DNA from: an uncultured Acidobacteriota bacterium
GTDB taxonomy: Bacteria; Acidobacteriota; Vicinamibacteria; Vicinamibacterales; Fen-181
Length of the DNA: 64,000 bases
Assembly: GCA_963783255.1 (NCBI GenBank)
Contig: CAWAMP010000011.1
Coordinates: 96,257 to 160,256, forward strand
Direction: 5' to 3'
Positions 1 through 12,322 of this stretch are shown here, one piece after another (the first letter of the stretch is position 1; every line of letters begins with the position of its first letter). Under the pieces are notes generated by a model. That model made no database searches. It saw only the letters and a program-made list of their open reading frames with translations, and was not told the origin of the DNA. The translations under genes were made by a program, and so were the position numbers.

Positions 1-387
1 CGGCGGGCGTTCGCCGCCGGGAATCGCCGCCTCGATGCCGACCATCCAGAACGGCGAACTGGCGAGCAGCACCGCCGTCAGCCCGCTTGGCACCCACTGT
101 TCGGCCCACACGACCAGGCCGTTGCCGCCGACGATGAAGAGGGCGCCGATCAGGGCGAGGCCGGGCCACGAGCGGCGGCCTGGCAGCCGGTGTCCCCGTG
201 CCAGCTCGACGAGCGCCAGCACGCAGCCGGCGGCCAGCCAGCGGAGGCCCGCCATCAGCCCCGGCGGCATCGTCTCCAGACAGATCCGGATGCCGAGGTA
301 GGTCGTGCCCCAGATGACGCAGATCGCGATCCAGGCGGCGTAGGCGAGCGCCGGCGGCTTACCGTCGGACTGTCGACGAATGGACAC
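1..387 (-). CDS. EamA/DMT-family transporter, N-terminal part (gene runs off the left edge)
   Basis: The minus frame is open from GTG 385-387 to position 1, and is absent from the ORF track because it has no stop in the window. My translation is MSIRRQSDGKPPALAYAAWIAICVIWGTTYLGIRICLETMPPGLMAGLRWLAAG..., a typical hydrophobic EamA repeat. Confidence 0.55.
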   Translation of the reverse strand, partial: MSIRRQSDGKPPALAYAAWIAICVIWGTTYLGIRICLETMPPGLMAGLRWLAAGCVLALVELARGHRLPGRRSWPGLALIGALFIVGGNGLVVWAEQWVPSGLTAVLLASSPFWMVGIEAAIPGGERPP

Positions 388-422
388 AGTGGGATTGTAG
401 CGCCGGTTGGCTCGAGAGCCGT

Positions 423-1638
423 CTATCGCGGGCCGGCTGCGGGAAAGGACAGGTTGTCCGCCACGCGAACGCAGTTGCGCCCTTCGTGCTTGGCGCGGTA
501 GAGCGCCTCGTCGGCGCCGGCGATGAGCGGCGTGGGGTCGAGTTCGCCCGGGACGGCAGCCGCGATGCCAATGCTGGCGGTGACTCGAATCGCCTGGCCG
601 TGCCAGAGGACTTCGACCTCGGAGATCGCCTTGCGCACCGTTTCCGCGGCGTGTCGCGCGCCGTCGAGCGCGGTCTCTGGCAGGAGGACCAGGAATTCGT
701 CGCCGCCGAACCGGCACTTCAGGTCGCTCGTCCTGAAGGTCGCCACCATCCGTGCCCCGACCGCGGCCAGCACGGCGTCGCCGCACAGGTGGCCGTGGTC
801 GTCGTTGATCGGCTTGAAGTGATCGATGTCGATCATGAGCAGCGAGACCGGGCGGCGCGAGCGGCGGGCGCGTTTCAGCTCCGTCGCCACGACCTCCAGG
901 CCGTGCGCACGCACGACACATCCGGTCAGCGAGTCGCGCAGGCTGTTCTCGCGGACCTCCCGCAGCAGGTTCGCGCTGCGCACCGACACGCCGACGAGCG
1001 CCGCGGCCGCACTCAGCACCTGGCGCCGCGCGGCGGCCATCGACGACTCGCTGGCCGGCACGCCGAGCGCGCCGAGCGTCGCGCCTGCGGCGACCAGCGG
1101 GAAGCAGAATCTGGCGTTCGTATTCGATTCCGTCGAGTGCCGCCTCAGCCCCCGCCTGTTCGAGCGCACCCGTTGCGAGGTCGGTGATGTCGATTTCGCC
1201 ACGCGTGGTCCGCACCGCCGCCGGGCCGAGCATGCGCGTCCAGGTGCCGCCCTCGCCCGTCACGACCCAGGCGTCGGGACTGCGCGCGATGTCAGGCAGG
1301 TGTCGTGCCGCCGTGTCGGCAATCGCCTCGCTGTCGAGCGACTGCGTCAGCGCCTTCCAGAACGCAACGAGGCGCTCGAGTTCACGCGCGCGGTCCTGCA
1401 GCTGGAGGACCTGCTCGGCCACCGCCGCCGCCCGCACCTCCACCTCGCGCCGCTTGCTCTGGACATAGAGCAGCAGGCTGGCCGCCATGACGGCCAGCCC
1501 GGACAGGAGGCCGGGGACGGTTGCGCCATCCGAGGCCGGAACGGGGGCCGGCAGGACGGTCATCTGCCCGGTGAGGCCCACCGCGACAGCGATGCCCAGC
1601 CCGAAGACGAGTAGGAGTTCGGTGCGCCCGATTCGCAT
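423..1638 (-). CDS. membrane-anchored diguanylate cyclase (GGDEF), apparent frameshift near 1107-1117
   Basis: ORF 423-1202 carries the GGDEF domain (RFGGDEFLVLL, IDIDHFKPINDDHGH). A second minus frame from ATG 1636-1638 reads MRIGRTELLLVFGLGIAVAVGLTG...GLLSGLAVMAASLLLYV..., giving two TM helices, a coiled coil and a sensor-like part ending ...DGIEYE. It must join the GGDEF frame (...FCFPLVAAGATLGALGV) around 1107-1117. Confidence 0.7.
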
Positions 1639-1744
1639 ATGGCCGGCGGCCCACAACCCTCAGTCTGTGTATCGGACTCAACAGTGAGGGGCAGTAGATT
1701 GTGTGCAGAAAGGCGGGGGGGACAGCTGGCAGCTGACAGCCGAC

Positions 1745-1791
1745 AGCTGACAGCTTTGGGCTGTGCCCTGTGAGCTGAAAGCTGTCAGCTG
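1745..1791 (-). terminator. stem-loop just downstream of the csgG-like gene, inside a CAGCTGACAGC word array
   Basis: Perfect 14-bp inverted repeat cagctgacagcttt / aaagctgtcagctg with a 19-nt loop, about 18 nt after the stop at 1810. There is no clear U-tract. Confidence 0.4.
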
Positions 1792-1809
1792 ATAGCTGTG
1801 AGCTGTGAG

Positions 1810-2499
1810 CTACTGAAGCCGTGTCTTGGCCGCGATGAGCTTCGTGATGACCTGCTTGACAGCGGCCTCCGTGGCCTCGCCCAGCACCGTGTCGCGGAAC
1901 TCCGACGACCCGAACGAAATGCTGGCACCGGCGTGGGGGACGGCGCCGCCCAGCATCAGCCCGCTGCGGCTCGACGTGCCCTCGCCCTTCGCGCTGGCCA
2001 TGATCTCGCCCGTCGTGGTGTCAACCATGCGTGCGGTGACGGCGACGGTCGCCTTGCCCTTCTTCGTCCCGACGTCGCCGACGCCGAAGCCGCCGTAGCC
2101 CCAGCCGCCGCCGCTGACGCTGGTGTTCTTGGTTTCCATCCCGAACTTGGTGATGGAACCGACGATGAGGTATTTCACCCCGAGCGCCTTGCCAATCTGG
2201 GCCGTCTTGGCCGCACTCGGGTCGGCGCGGTCGCTGTTCGAGAAGTTCTGCTCGGCCAGAATGGCGTCGAGCCGCTTGCGCTCGATGACGCGATAAGATC
2301 CGTCCTCGACCAGGCCGTCGACGACCAGGTCGGCGATCCCCTTGCCGATGTCCTGGTTCCCCCACCAGCTGTTGAGCGACGCGTAATCGAAGTCGAGCAG
2401 GGCGACGGCCGGACGGCCGCCCTGCGCCGCCGCCGGGGCCGCGAACGCCAGAACCGCCAGAGCCGCGAGCAGCCACGGCGCAACGCTCAGTCTACGCAT
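1810..2499 (-). CDS. CsgG/HfaB-family periplasmic or outer-membrane protein
   Basis: This is the last 229 codons of ORF 1810-4071, starting at ATG 2497-2499. It has a signal peptide (MRRLSVAPWLLAALAVLAFAAPAAAQ) followed by VALLDFDY...WWGNQDIGKGIADLVVDGLVEDGSYRVIERKRLDAILAEQNF...IGKALGVKYLIVGSITKFG, the CsgG-family pattern. Confidence 0.75.
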   Translation of the reverse strand: MRRLSVAPWLLAALAVLAFAAPAAAQGGRPAVALLDFDYASLNSWWGNQDIGKGIADLVVDGLVEDGSYRVIERKRLDAILAEQNFSNSDRADPSAAKTAQIGKALGVKYLIVGSITKFGMETKNTSVSGGGWGYGGFGVGDVGTKKGKATVAVTARMVDTTTGEIMASAKGEGTSSRSGLMLGGAVPHAGASISFGSSEFRDTVLGEATEAAVKQVITKLIAAKTRLQ

Positions 2500-2616
2500 G
2501 GGATGTCCTCCACGAGAGTGTAATCGTTTCTGCGCTCTACAGTAGCCCCAAGGCCGTCGGGCGTCAAGGAACGGAGCCCGCGCGGAGCCCGCGCGGTAAG
2601 ATGGACGAGAGGTCTC

Positions 2617-4932
<2,316 letters not shown>

Positions 4933-4939
4933 CCGTGCC

Positions 4940-5047
4940 ATGGACTCCGCACAGATCCTCGTCACCGTCGCCGGCGCGGCCCTCATCGCCGCGGTTCTGC
5001 TGTTCTTCTTCGGAAGGCGGGGACCGCGACACGGTAGTAGGCATTAG
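4940..5047 (+). CDS. possible 35-aa single-pass membrane peptide downstream of copA
   Basis: Hand translation gives MDSAQILVTVAGAALIAAVLLFFFGRRGPRHGSRH, one hydrophobic helix followed by a basic tail. It starts 8 nt after the copA stop. No obvious RBS, and it is below the ORF-track size cutoff. Confidence 0.3.
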   Translation: MDSAQILVTVAGAALIAAVLLFFFGRRGPRHGSRH

Positions 5048-5155
5048 ACAGTCGGCGGTACGCAGTCGATCGGGCAGGCAGGTGGTCCGGGGTCCGCTGT
5101 CGGCTGCCAGCTAACAGCTGCCAGCTGACGGCCCCCCCTGCTCTATAATCTCCCC

Positions 5156-6692
5156 GTGCAGAGTGCCCCCGATCCACGCGACCAGGTATTCGCCGGGCTG
5201 TTCGATCGGATCCAGGTGGGCGCCTTCGTCGGGATCCTCTCCGAGGCCGGCGGGCGCACGCTGGCCGCCAATCCGCAGCTCCGGCTGATCTTTGGCTATG
5301 CGGCCGAGCCTGGCGCGAACGACCTCGAGCCGTTCGCCGCCGAACGCTTCGTCGACCCGCAGGCGCACGTCAGCCTGCTCGGCCGCCTCCGCCACGACGG
5401 GTCGGTCACCGACTTCCTCGTCCGCGTGCGGCGCGTCGACCTCACCCCGATCTCGGATCGAGATCACCGGCCACGCCGAGTCCCTGCCTGACGGGAGCGT
5501 CCGGTTCGACGCCCTCGTCCGCGACGTCAGCGATCGCAAGAAGCTCGACGACCAGACGCGCGACCTCTACCATCAGCTCCTCCAAGCCGAGAAGCTGGCG
5601 TCGCTCGGCCAGACGATCTCGGGGATCGCGCACGAGCTGAACAACCCGCTCGCCACCGTCCTCACCTGGGCCGAGCGGCTGTCGCACCGGCAGGTGGACG
5701 ACCAGACGCGCCGCGGCCTCGACGTCATCCTCTCGGAAGCCGAGCGGTCGGCGCGCATCGTCCGGAACCTCCTGACCTTTGCGCGCAAGCGGCACACGAC
5801 GCGCGCGATGGTGGACATCAACCACATCGTGGGCGAAACGCTGGCGCTCCGGTCGTACGAACAGCGCGTGACCAACATCACCGTCATCTCGGCCCTGGCC
5901 GCCGGCCTGCCGCAGGTGTTCGCGGATCCGCACCAGCTCCAGCAGGTGCTGCTGAACCTCGTGATCAACGCCGAGCAGGCGATGCTCTCGGCCAACGGCC
6001 GCGGCACCCTCGTCGTCCGCACCTGGCACAACGGAGCGAACGACACCGTCGTCCTCGAGGTGAACGACGACGGGCCCGGGATCCCTGAGGAGGCGCGGGG
6101 CAGGATCTTCGACCCGTTCTTCACGACCAAGGAGGTCGGCAAGGGGACGGGCCTCGGTCTGACCGTGGCCTACGCGATCGTGGAGGAGCACGGCGGGCGG
6201 ATCTGGATCGGGTCGCCGGAGAGCGGGTCGGGCGGCGCGTCGTTCTTCGTGGAGCTGCCGACCGGCGACGCCAGCGCGGTGCGCGCGCCGCAGCCGCCGC
6301 CGGAAGTCATCGCGCAGGACCTTCCGCGCGGGGCCACCGTGCTGCTGGTGGAGGACGAGCCGGCGCTGGCCCAGGCCGTCGGGGACGGGCTCGCCGACGC
6401 GGGCTTTCTGGTAGACCGCGCCGGCGACGGGGAGGAGGCTCTCGCTCGCGTGGGGGCCGGGACCTACGATCTGATCATCTGCGACCTGAAGATGCCGCGC
6501 GTCGACGGCATGGCGTTCTACCGCGCCATCGCGGTCGCGAAGCCGGCGCTCGCGCGCCGCGTCATCTTCGTCACCGGCGACGTCGTCGGCACCGAGGCCG
6601 AGCGGTTCCTCGAGGAGACCGGCTGCCGCTGGCTCGCAAAGCCGTTCAGGCTGGCCGACCTGCTCCGGTCGGCTCGCGAAATCCTCGTGTAG
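5156..6692 (+). CDS. PAS-containing hybrid sensor histidine kinase (HisKA-HATPase-REC), apparent frameshift near 5450-5462
   Basis: ORF 5156-5491 is the PAS-like N-terminus. From about 5460, ORF 5292-6692 has the H-box [15 protein letters not shown], the ATPase motif [18 protein letters not shown] and a receiver domain ([11 protein letters not shown]...[14 protein letters not shown]). The frames join between ...RRVDLTPIS and [14 protein letters not shown].... Confidence 0.8.
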
Positions 6693-7567
6693 GGCAGCAC
6701 CGTCGCGCCCGCGTGGGTGGCGGCTGGCGCGAGCTCCGCTTTCGCCATCACCGGGCGCTCGAACGGCAGCACCGGGCGCGCGGACCTCGGCGCGCGCGGC
6801 GTGAGCGCCGTGATCACGGGCATCGAACGCTCGGGCTGGCCGAGCGGACGGGCCGCGCGGGCGGGCTCGAGGGCGGCGCGCAGGCGCTGCATGGCGCGGG
6901 CGTGCAGCTGCGAGACGCGCGATTCGTTCACGCCGAGCTTCTCGCCAATCTCCTTCATCGTCACTTCGCCGAAGTAGTAGAGGTTCACCAGCCGCTGCTC
7001 GCGCTCGGGCAGCGTCGCCATCGCGCTGCGAATCCGTTCCTTCACTTCGGTGCGCTCGTAGGCCGAGTCGGGCGCCTCGGGCTCGGACGGCACGAGCGCT
7101 GCCGGCAGCGACCGCTCGTCGAGGTGGTCGCCGGCTGAAAGCGGGGACGTGGATTCGATCGTGTTGATGCGGAGGATGGTGCGGCCGAGACGCTTCTCGT
7201 CCGAACCGACCTTCGCCGCCAGATCGGCGAGCGACGGCTCCTGACCGAGTTCGCGGCGCAGCGTCTCGCGCGCGGCTTCGAGCTCGCGCCGCTGACGGCG
7301 AACGCCGCGCGGCCACGCCTCGCGCCGAAGCGCGTCAATCATCGCCCCGCGCACGCGGCGCTCGGCGAACGTCTCGAACTTGATGCCGCGGGCGTCGTCG
7401 AAACGCTGCGCGGCGTCAATCAGGCCCAGCACACCGTCCTGAACCAGGTCGCCGATGTCGATCGAGTGCGGCATCGACGCCGCGAGACGACGTGCCAGCG
7501 CCTGGACGAACGGGAGGCCGGCTACGACGCGGTCGTTCGCGGGAGTGGGATTCGCTTGGGCCTGCAT
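6518..7567 (-). CDS. sigma-70 family sigma factor, FliA/WhiG (sigma-28) type
   Basis: Region 2 reads DLVQDGVLGLIDAAQRFDDARGIKFETFAERRVRGAMIDALRR. The region 4 HTH reads TMKEIGEKLGVNESRVSQLHARAMQRLR. The ORF runs more than 100 codons past region 4 and overlaps the convergent kinase gene by 175 nt, so the 3' end is uncertain. Confidence 0.8.
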   Translation of the reverse strand: MQAQANPTPANDRVVAGLPFVQALARRLAASMPHSIDIGDLVQDGVLGLIDAAQRFDDARGIKFETFAERRVRGAMIDALRREAWPRGVRRQRRELEAARETLRRELGQEPSLADLAAKVGSDEKRLGRTILRINTIESTSPLSAGDHLDERSLPAALVPSEPEAPDSAYERTEVKERIRSAMATLPEREQRLVNLYYFGEVTMKEIGEKLGVNESRVSQLHARAMQRLRAALEPARAARPLGQPERSMPVITALTPRAPRSARPVLPFERPVMAKAELAPAATHAGATVLPYTRISRADRSRSASLNGFASQRQPVSSRNRSASVPTTSPVTKMTRRASAGFATAMAR

Positions 7568-7664
7568 GTGCTCTCCTCGACGGTGTCTTCGGATGAACTA
7601 CTCTGCGTGACTGGCTGGCCACTGACGGCCGGCCGCTGACCACTGCCTTCGCTCCCCTCCATTC

Positions 7665-7679
7665 GCAACGCCGGTGCCA
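7665..7679 (-). promoter_or_regulatory. sigma-54 (-24/-12) promoter upstream of the sigma-28-type gene
   Basis: The minus strand reads CTGGCACcggcgTTGCgaat, which is TGGCAC-N5-TTGC with canonical spacing. It lies about 95 nt upstream of the start at 7567. Confidence 0.65.
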
Positions 7680-7879
7680 GAATGGGACACGTTCGCCCCC
7701 GAGGCAGACAGAAGTTTGCAGAATGGTGATAAACGTCTGTGGCTCAGCTGTTTATGACTGAGCTCGGCTGCGCCAGAGGCAGGCAGACAAGAGGTGTCTG
7801 AGTGGTAGTGCCGTCAGGAAAATGACGATGCGGGACGTAGTGGCCGCCATATTATTGACGGCGGCGTTCCGGTGGAAGG

Positions 7880-8107
7880 CTACTTGGTGACGGTTACGTC
7901 GTTGACCTGGGCGCGGATCTGGCGTGCGGTGCCTAGCGCCTGAAGCGTCGCGGCGACGACCTGTGACGCGCGCGACCGGTTCTGGTCCTGGTCGCACTTG
8001 GCCTCGAGCAGCTCGGCGTGCGAGAGAATGATCCCGAGTTCGTTGTTCAGCCGGTGGAACAACTCGCTCAAGTCCCTGTAGCTGTTCTGGTTAACGTCTT
8101 CGGACAC
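7880..8107 (-). CDS. stand-alone DHp (HisKA-like) helical protein, possible phosphotransfer protein
   Basis: 75 aa with a GTG start preceded by AAGGGAG. ELFHRLNNELGIILSHAELLE matches the H-box pattern H-D-x-N-N-x-L-x-x-I-x-G-x-x-E-L-L of HisKA domains. A second helix follows and there is no ATPase domain. Confidence 0.5.
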   Translation of the reverse strand: MSEDVNQNSYRDLSELFHRLNNELGIILSHAELLEAKCDQDQNRSRASQVVAATLQALGTARQIRAQVNDVTVTK

Positions 8108-8240
8108 GGCTCCCTTTCGGCGAAGCGCACACCGTCTTCAAAATGTGTATCGGCCCCGTATCGGCGGGACTGTAGGAGACGGCGCAACAAAGAGCTTGGC
8201 GCGTCGACGGTGCCGTGTCAAAATGTTGGCGGCCGACTAA

Positions 8241-9623
<1,383 letters not shown>

Positions 9624-9629
<6 letters not shown>

Positions 9630-9670
9630 GTCTTGAGTCTTGAGTTCTGAGTCCTGAGTTCTGAGTTCTA
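9624..9670. repeat. 7-nt tandem array TCTTGAG/TTCTGAG (about 7 units)
   Basis: tcttgag tcttgag tcttgag ttctgag tcctgag ttctgag ttcta. The response-regulator stop codon TGA (9627-9629) is inside the first unit. Confidence 0.9.
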
Positions 9671-9674
9671 CCCT

Positions 9675-10274
9675 ATGCCCCCACGATTCACCTACTGGAC
9701 CATCATCCTCGACGGGCAGCCGACCGCGTTTCGCGCGGCCGAGCGCGAGCAGTTGCTGCCGACGCTGAAGCAGCTGCAGACGAAGAACCCCGGCGCCGTG
9801 CTGAAGTGGTTCGCGCACGGGCGAGTGTGGGAGTCGCCCGAGGAGTTGTGGCAGCTGAAGGCGAAGGCGCGGGAGGCGGCGCGCGACGCGGCGGCGGAAC
9901 GCCGCGGCCGCGGGTGGCGTCCCGGCGGTGAGCACAAGGACCCGCGCGAGAAGTTCCAGCGCGAGACGTTTCAGGCACGCAAGCGCCGTGACAAGAAGGC
10001 GGCGAACCTTGGCGGCGCAGGCCGCGGGCCTGGTGGTGTGGGGCGGGGTCCTGGCGGTGTGGGGCCGGGCTTTCGAAGCCGCGCCGTAGCCTCGCCCAAG
10101 CCGTATCCGGCGAGGGCGGGCGAAGGCGGGAGCCCCGCCAAAGGCGAGGCACGTGGTCCTGTCGCTGTGGCGCGGGGCTTAAGCCCCGCGAGAGATGCGG
10201 CGCCCCCCGTCCCGCCTGGTCCTCCGGCGCCATCGCACAAGACCAGTCAGCCCAGGCTTCGGAAACCCCGGTAA
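9675..10274 (+). CDS. hypothetical protein; 3' half is translated repeat DNA
   Basis: The N-terminal ~95 aa look like a genuine protein (MPPRFTYWTIILDGQPTAFRAAEREQLLPTLKQLQTKNPGAVLKWFAHGRVWESPEELW...). The rest (GGAGRGPGGVGRGPGGVGPGF...VARGLSPARD) runs through REP-like elements, so the real stop is uncertain. Confidence 0.5.
   Translation: MPPRFTYWTIILDGQPTAFRAAEREQLLPTLKQLQTKNPGAVLKWFAHGRVWESPEELWQLKAKAREAARDAAAERRGRGWRPGGEHKDPREKFQRETFQARKRRDKKAANLGGAGRGPGGVGRGPGGVGPGFRSRAVASPKPYPARAGEGGSPAKGEARGPVAVARGLSPARDAAPPVPPGPPAPSHKTSQPRLRKPR
10061..10190. repeat. cluster of GC-rich REP-like palindromes
   Basis: Canonical hairpin gcggggcttaagccccgc at 10172-10189, preceded by ctgtggc. A ~40-nt element ccgtagcctcgcccaagccgtatccggcgagggcgggc recurs inverted at 55331-55375. 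Confidence 0.8.
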
Positions 10275-10279
10275 CGCCC

Positions 10280-10630
10280 ATGTTCTTCCACGTCGTGCTC
10301 TTCCGCCCGCGCCCCGATCTCGCCGCCGCCGACCGCGCCAGCCTCATCGAGGCGTTCGAAGCGGCGCTCGCGCGGATTCCTTCGATCAGGAAGTTCCACA
10401 TCGGCCGGCGGGTGACCCACGGCGCCGCCTACGAGGCGCTGATGCCCGTCTCGCTCGACTACGCCGCTCTGATCGAGTTCGACGATCTGGCCGGGCTCCA
10501 GGAGTACCTCGAGCATCCTGCGCACCAGGCGCTCGGCGCGCGCTTCATGGCCTCACTCGAGACGTCGGCCATCTTCGACTATCAGATGCACGACGGCAAA
10601 GAGCTGCGGAGCCTCGCGGAGACCGTGTAG
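10280..10630 (+). CDS. Dabb (stress-responsive alpha/beta barrel) domain protein
   Basis: MFFHVVLFRPRPDL...IPSIRKFHIGRRV...YDYAALIEFDDLAGLQEYLEHPAH, the typical Dabb pattern. 116 aa. Confidence 0.7.
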   Translation: MFFHVVLFRPRPDLAAADRASLIEAFEAALARIPSIRKFHIGRRVTHGAAYEALMPVSLDYAALIEFDDLAGLQEYLEHPAHQALGARFMASLETSAIFDYQMHDGKELRSLAETV

Positions 10631-10730
10631 CTCGGAAGCGAGAAGCCGGCAGTCAGAAGCCACGATCCCAAAGGGAGAGCTGGCAGCACCGCAGAGGGTT
10701 CCTGGCGAGTGCGAGGGTCCGCAAGCGTCG

Positions 10731-10982
10731 CTACTTCGCGTCCGGGTCGTCCTTCCGCGAGACGACGATGTCGATCGCCTGGAGATTCGGGGCCGGGTGG
10801 ACCTGGTCGGCGCCGTCCTTGGGTCGAACCGGCTCGGAGGTGACCGGGCCCCAGCCGCGCCAGTCGCAGCCGTGGCAGCGGTGCAGCCGGTCGTGGGTGA
10901 AGTTCTTCCGCAGGCGTTCCCAGGTCGTCCGGGTCCGCGAGCGGTGGACGCGCGGCGATCCGCACTTGGGGCAATTCAGCAC
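10731..10982 (-). CDS. small zinc-ribbon protein
   Basis: 83 aa with CPKC ... CHGC cysteine pairs (MLNCPKCGSPRVHRS...HRCHGCDWRGW). Confidence 0.55.
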   Translation of the reverse strand: MLNCPKCGSPRVHRSRTRTTWERLRKNFTHDRLHRCHGCDWRGWGPVTSEPVRPKDGADQVHPAPNLQAIDIVVSRKDDPDAK

Positions 10983-11062
10983 GTCGACTACCCTCGGGGG
11001 CGAGGTCGCCGGATGATAGCACCGAAATCACCCCCGGAGGAGGGGCGAGGCATGGCGCGCCC

Positions 11063-11449
11063 CTACTCGAGGTCCGACGGGCCGCCGCCCAGCCCGCCCT
11101 CGTCTCCACCGCCGCCGAGGCCGCCGGCCTCGCCGCCGCCGGCCAACTCCTCTTCCATCGCCTGGTCGATGTCCTCGCCGAAGTCCTCGCCCATCTCCTG
11201 GCCCATCTTCTTCATGAACCGGGCGACGCTCTTCGGGTCGTTCTCGTCGATGTCGCCCATGGCGGACGGGTCGGCAAGCGACTCCAGTCGCGCGTCCTCG
11301 GACTTGGGCGACGCGAACCGCGAATAGAGCTTCTCGAGGTTCGCGCTCCCGCACTTCTTGCAGCGCACCTCGCCGATGCGCTCGCGCAGCATCACCAGCG
11401 CGGTCGTTTTGCGGTGACAGTCGAGGCACTCGAATTCGTAGATCGGCAT
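11063..11449 (-). CDS. FmdB-family zinc-ribbon protein (CxxC_CxxC_SSSS) with acidic Gly-rich tail
   Basis: MPIYEFECLDCHRKTTALVMLRERIGEVRCKKCGSANLEKLYSRF is the canonical FmdB N-terminus. Confidence 0.8.
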   Translation of the reverse strand: MPIYEFECLDCHRKTTALVMLRERIGEVRCKKCGSANLEKLYSRFASPKSEDARLESLADPSAMGDIDENDPKSVARFMKKMGQEMGEDFGEDIDQAMEEELAGGGEAGGLGGGGDEGGLGGGPSDLE

Positions 11450-11538
11450 ACTCCCATCATTCTACCCAACGACGGCGTCCGGCTGACGGCTTCCAACTGG
11501 CGACCGCCGTCTCAGGGGCTGCCGCGCGGACGAGCAGG

Positions 11539-12282
11539 TCAGGCGGGGTCTATCCGCGAGGCGCCGATCAGTTGCCTGATGCGCGTGAAGAGGCCCGGCT
11601 TCTCTGCGGGGGCCTCGGCCAGCAGGTCGAGGCAGGCGCCAAGGCTCGTGACCGGGTCGATACCGAGGTTTCGCGTATTCGGCGGAAGGCTGGCGAGGTC
11701 GTCGTTCCACACGAGAATCGCGCGCGCTCGCGACTCGAGCTTCACGTCGAGGCAGTTCTCGGGCCGGTCGTCCACGACGACGTCGAGCGAGAGCGCCTCG
11801 GCGACCTTCCCCCGCGTGCCCTTGATGACGTAGACGCTGGGGAGGTCGAAGCCGAGCCCGGCGAGCCAGCGTTGCGTCTGGAGTTGCGTGGTGTCGCCGG
11901 CGCTCGAGGGCCGCTGCGTGATGAAGATGACCTCCCAGCGCCGCTCGCGCGCGAGCCGGGCAAGGCGGGCGACGATCCCCGGCTCGGTTTCCTTCAGCGA
12001 TTCCCAGAAGTTCTCGGTGTTGCGGACCGCTTCCCACAAGTCGTGCTGCTGGCGGCGGGTGAGCGCTCGGAAGCGGGCGGGCGCGGCCTGGACTTCTTCC
12101 TCGGTCGGGCCGTCGGCGCTCTCGGACGTCGCGGCCGCTTCGGCGCCCGCGGGGTCACCGGAGCCTTCCGGTCCGGCCGCCGCCGGAGGCGCCTCGCCGA
12201 ACAGGCGCGTCACGGTTTCGGCGAGCGCCGCATCCAGATCGGCCACGACGCCGTCGCAGTCGAAGGCGATTCTCAGGGACAT
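11539..12282 (-). CDS. HAD-superfamily hydrolase (NT5C-like nucleotidase fold)
   Basis: Motif I FDCDGVVADLD at the N-terminus. Later IFITQRP...VVVDDRPEN. A low-complexity insert follows motif I. Confidence 0.6.
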   Translation of the reverse strand: MSLRIAFDCDGVVADLDAALAETVTRLFGEAPPAAAGPEGSGDPAGAEAAATSESADGPTEEEVQAAPARFRALTRRQQHDLWEAVRNTENFWESLKETEPGIVARLARLARERRWEVIFITQRPSSAGDTTQLQTQRWLAGLGFDLPSVYVIKGTRGKVAEALSLDVVVDDRPENCLDVKLESRARAILVWNDDLASLPPNTRNLGIDPVTSLGACLDLLAEAPAEKPGLFTRIRQLIGASRIDPA

Positions 12283-12322
12283 CGGCAGGCCAGGCGCGAT
12301 TCTACCACCTTCACGACGGGCG

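Noticed and set aside
5442-7316. 624-aa minus-strand ORF
   Set aside because: It is antisense to the kinase gene and out of frame with the sigma-factor gene, with low-complexity Arg/Ala/Gly composition.
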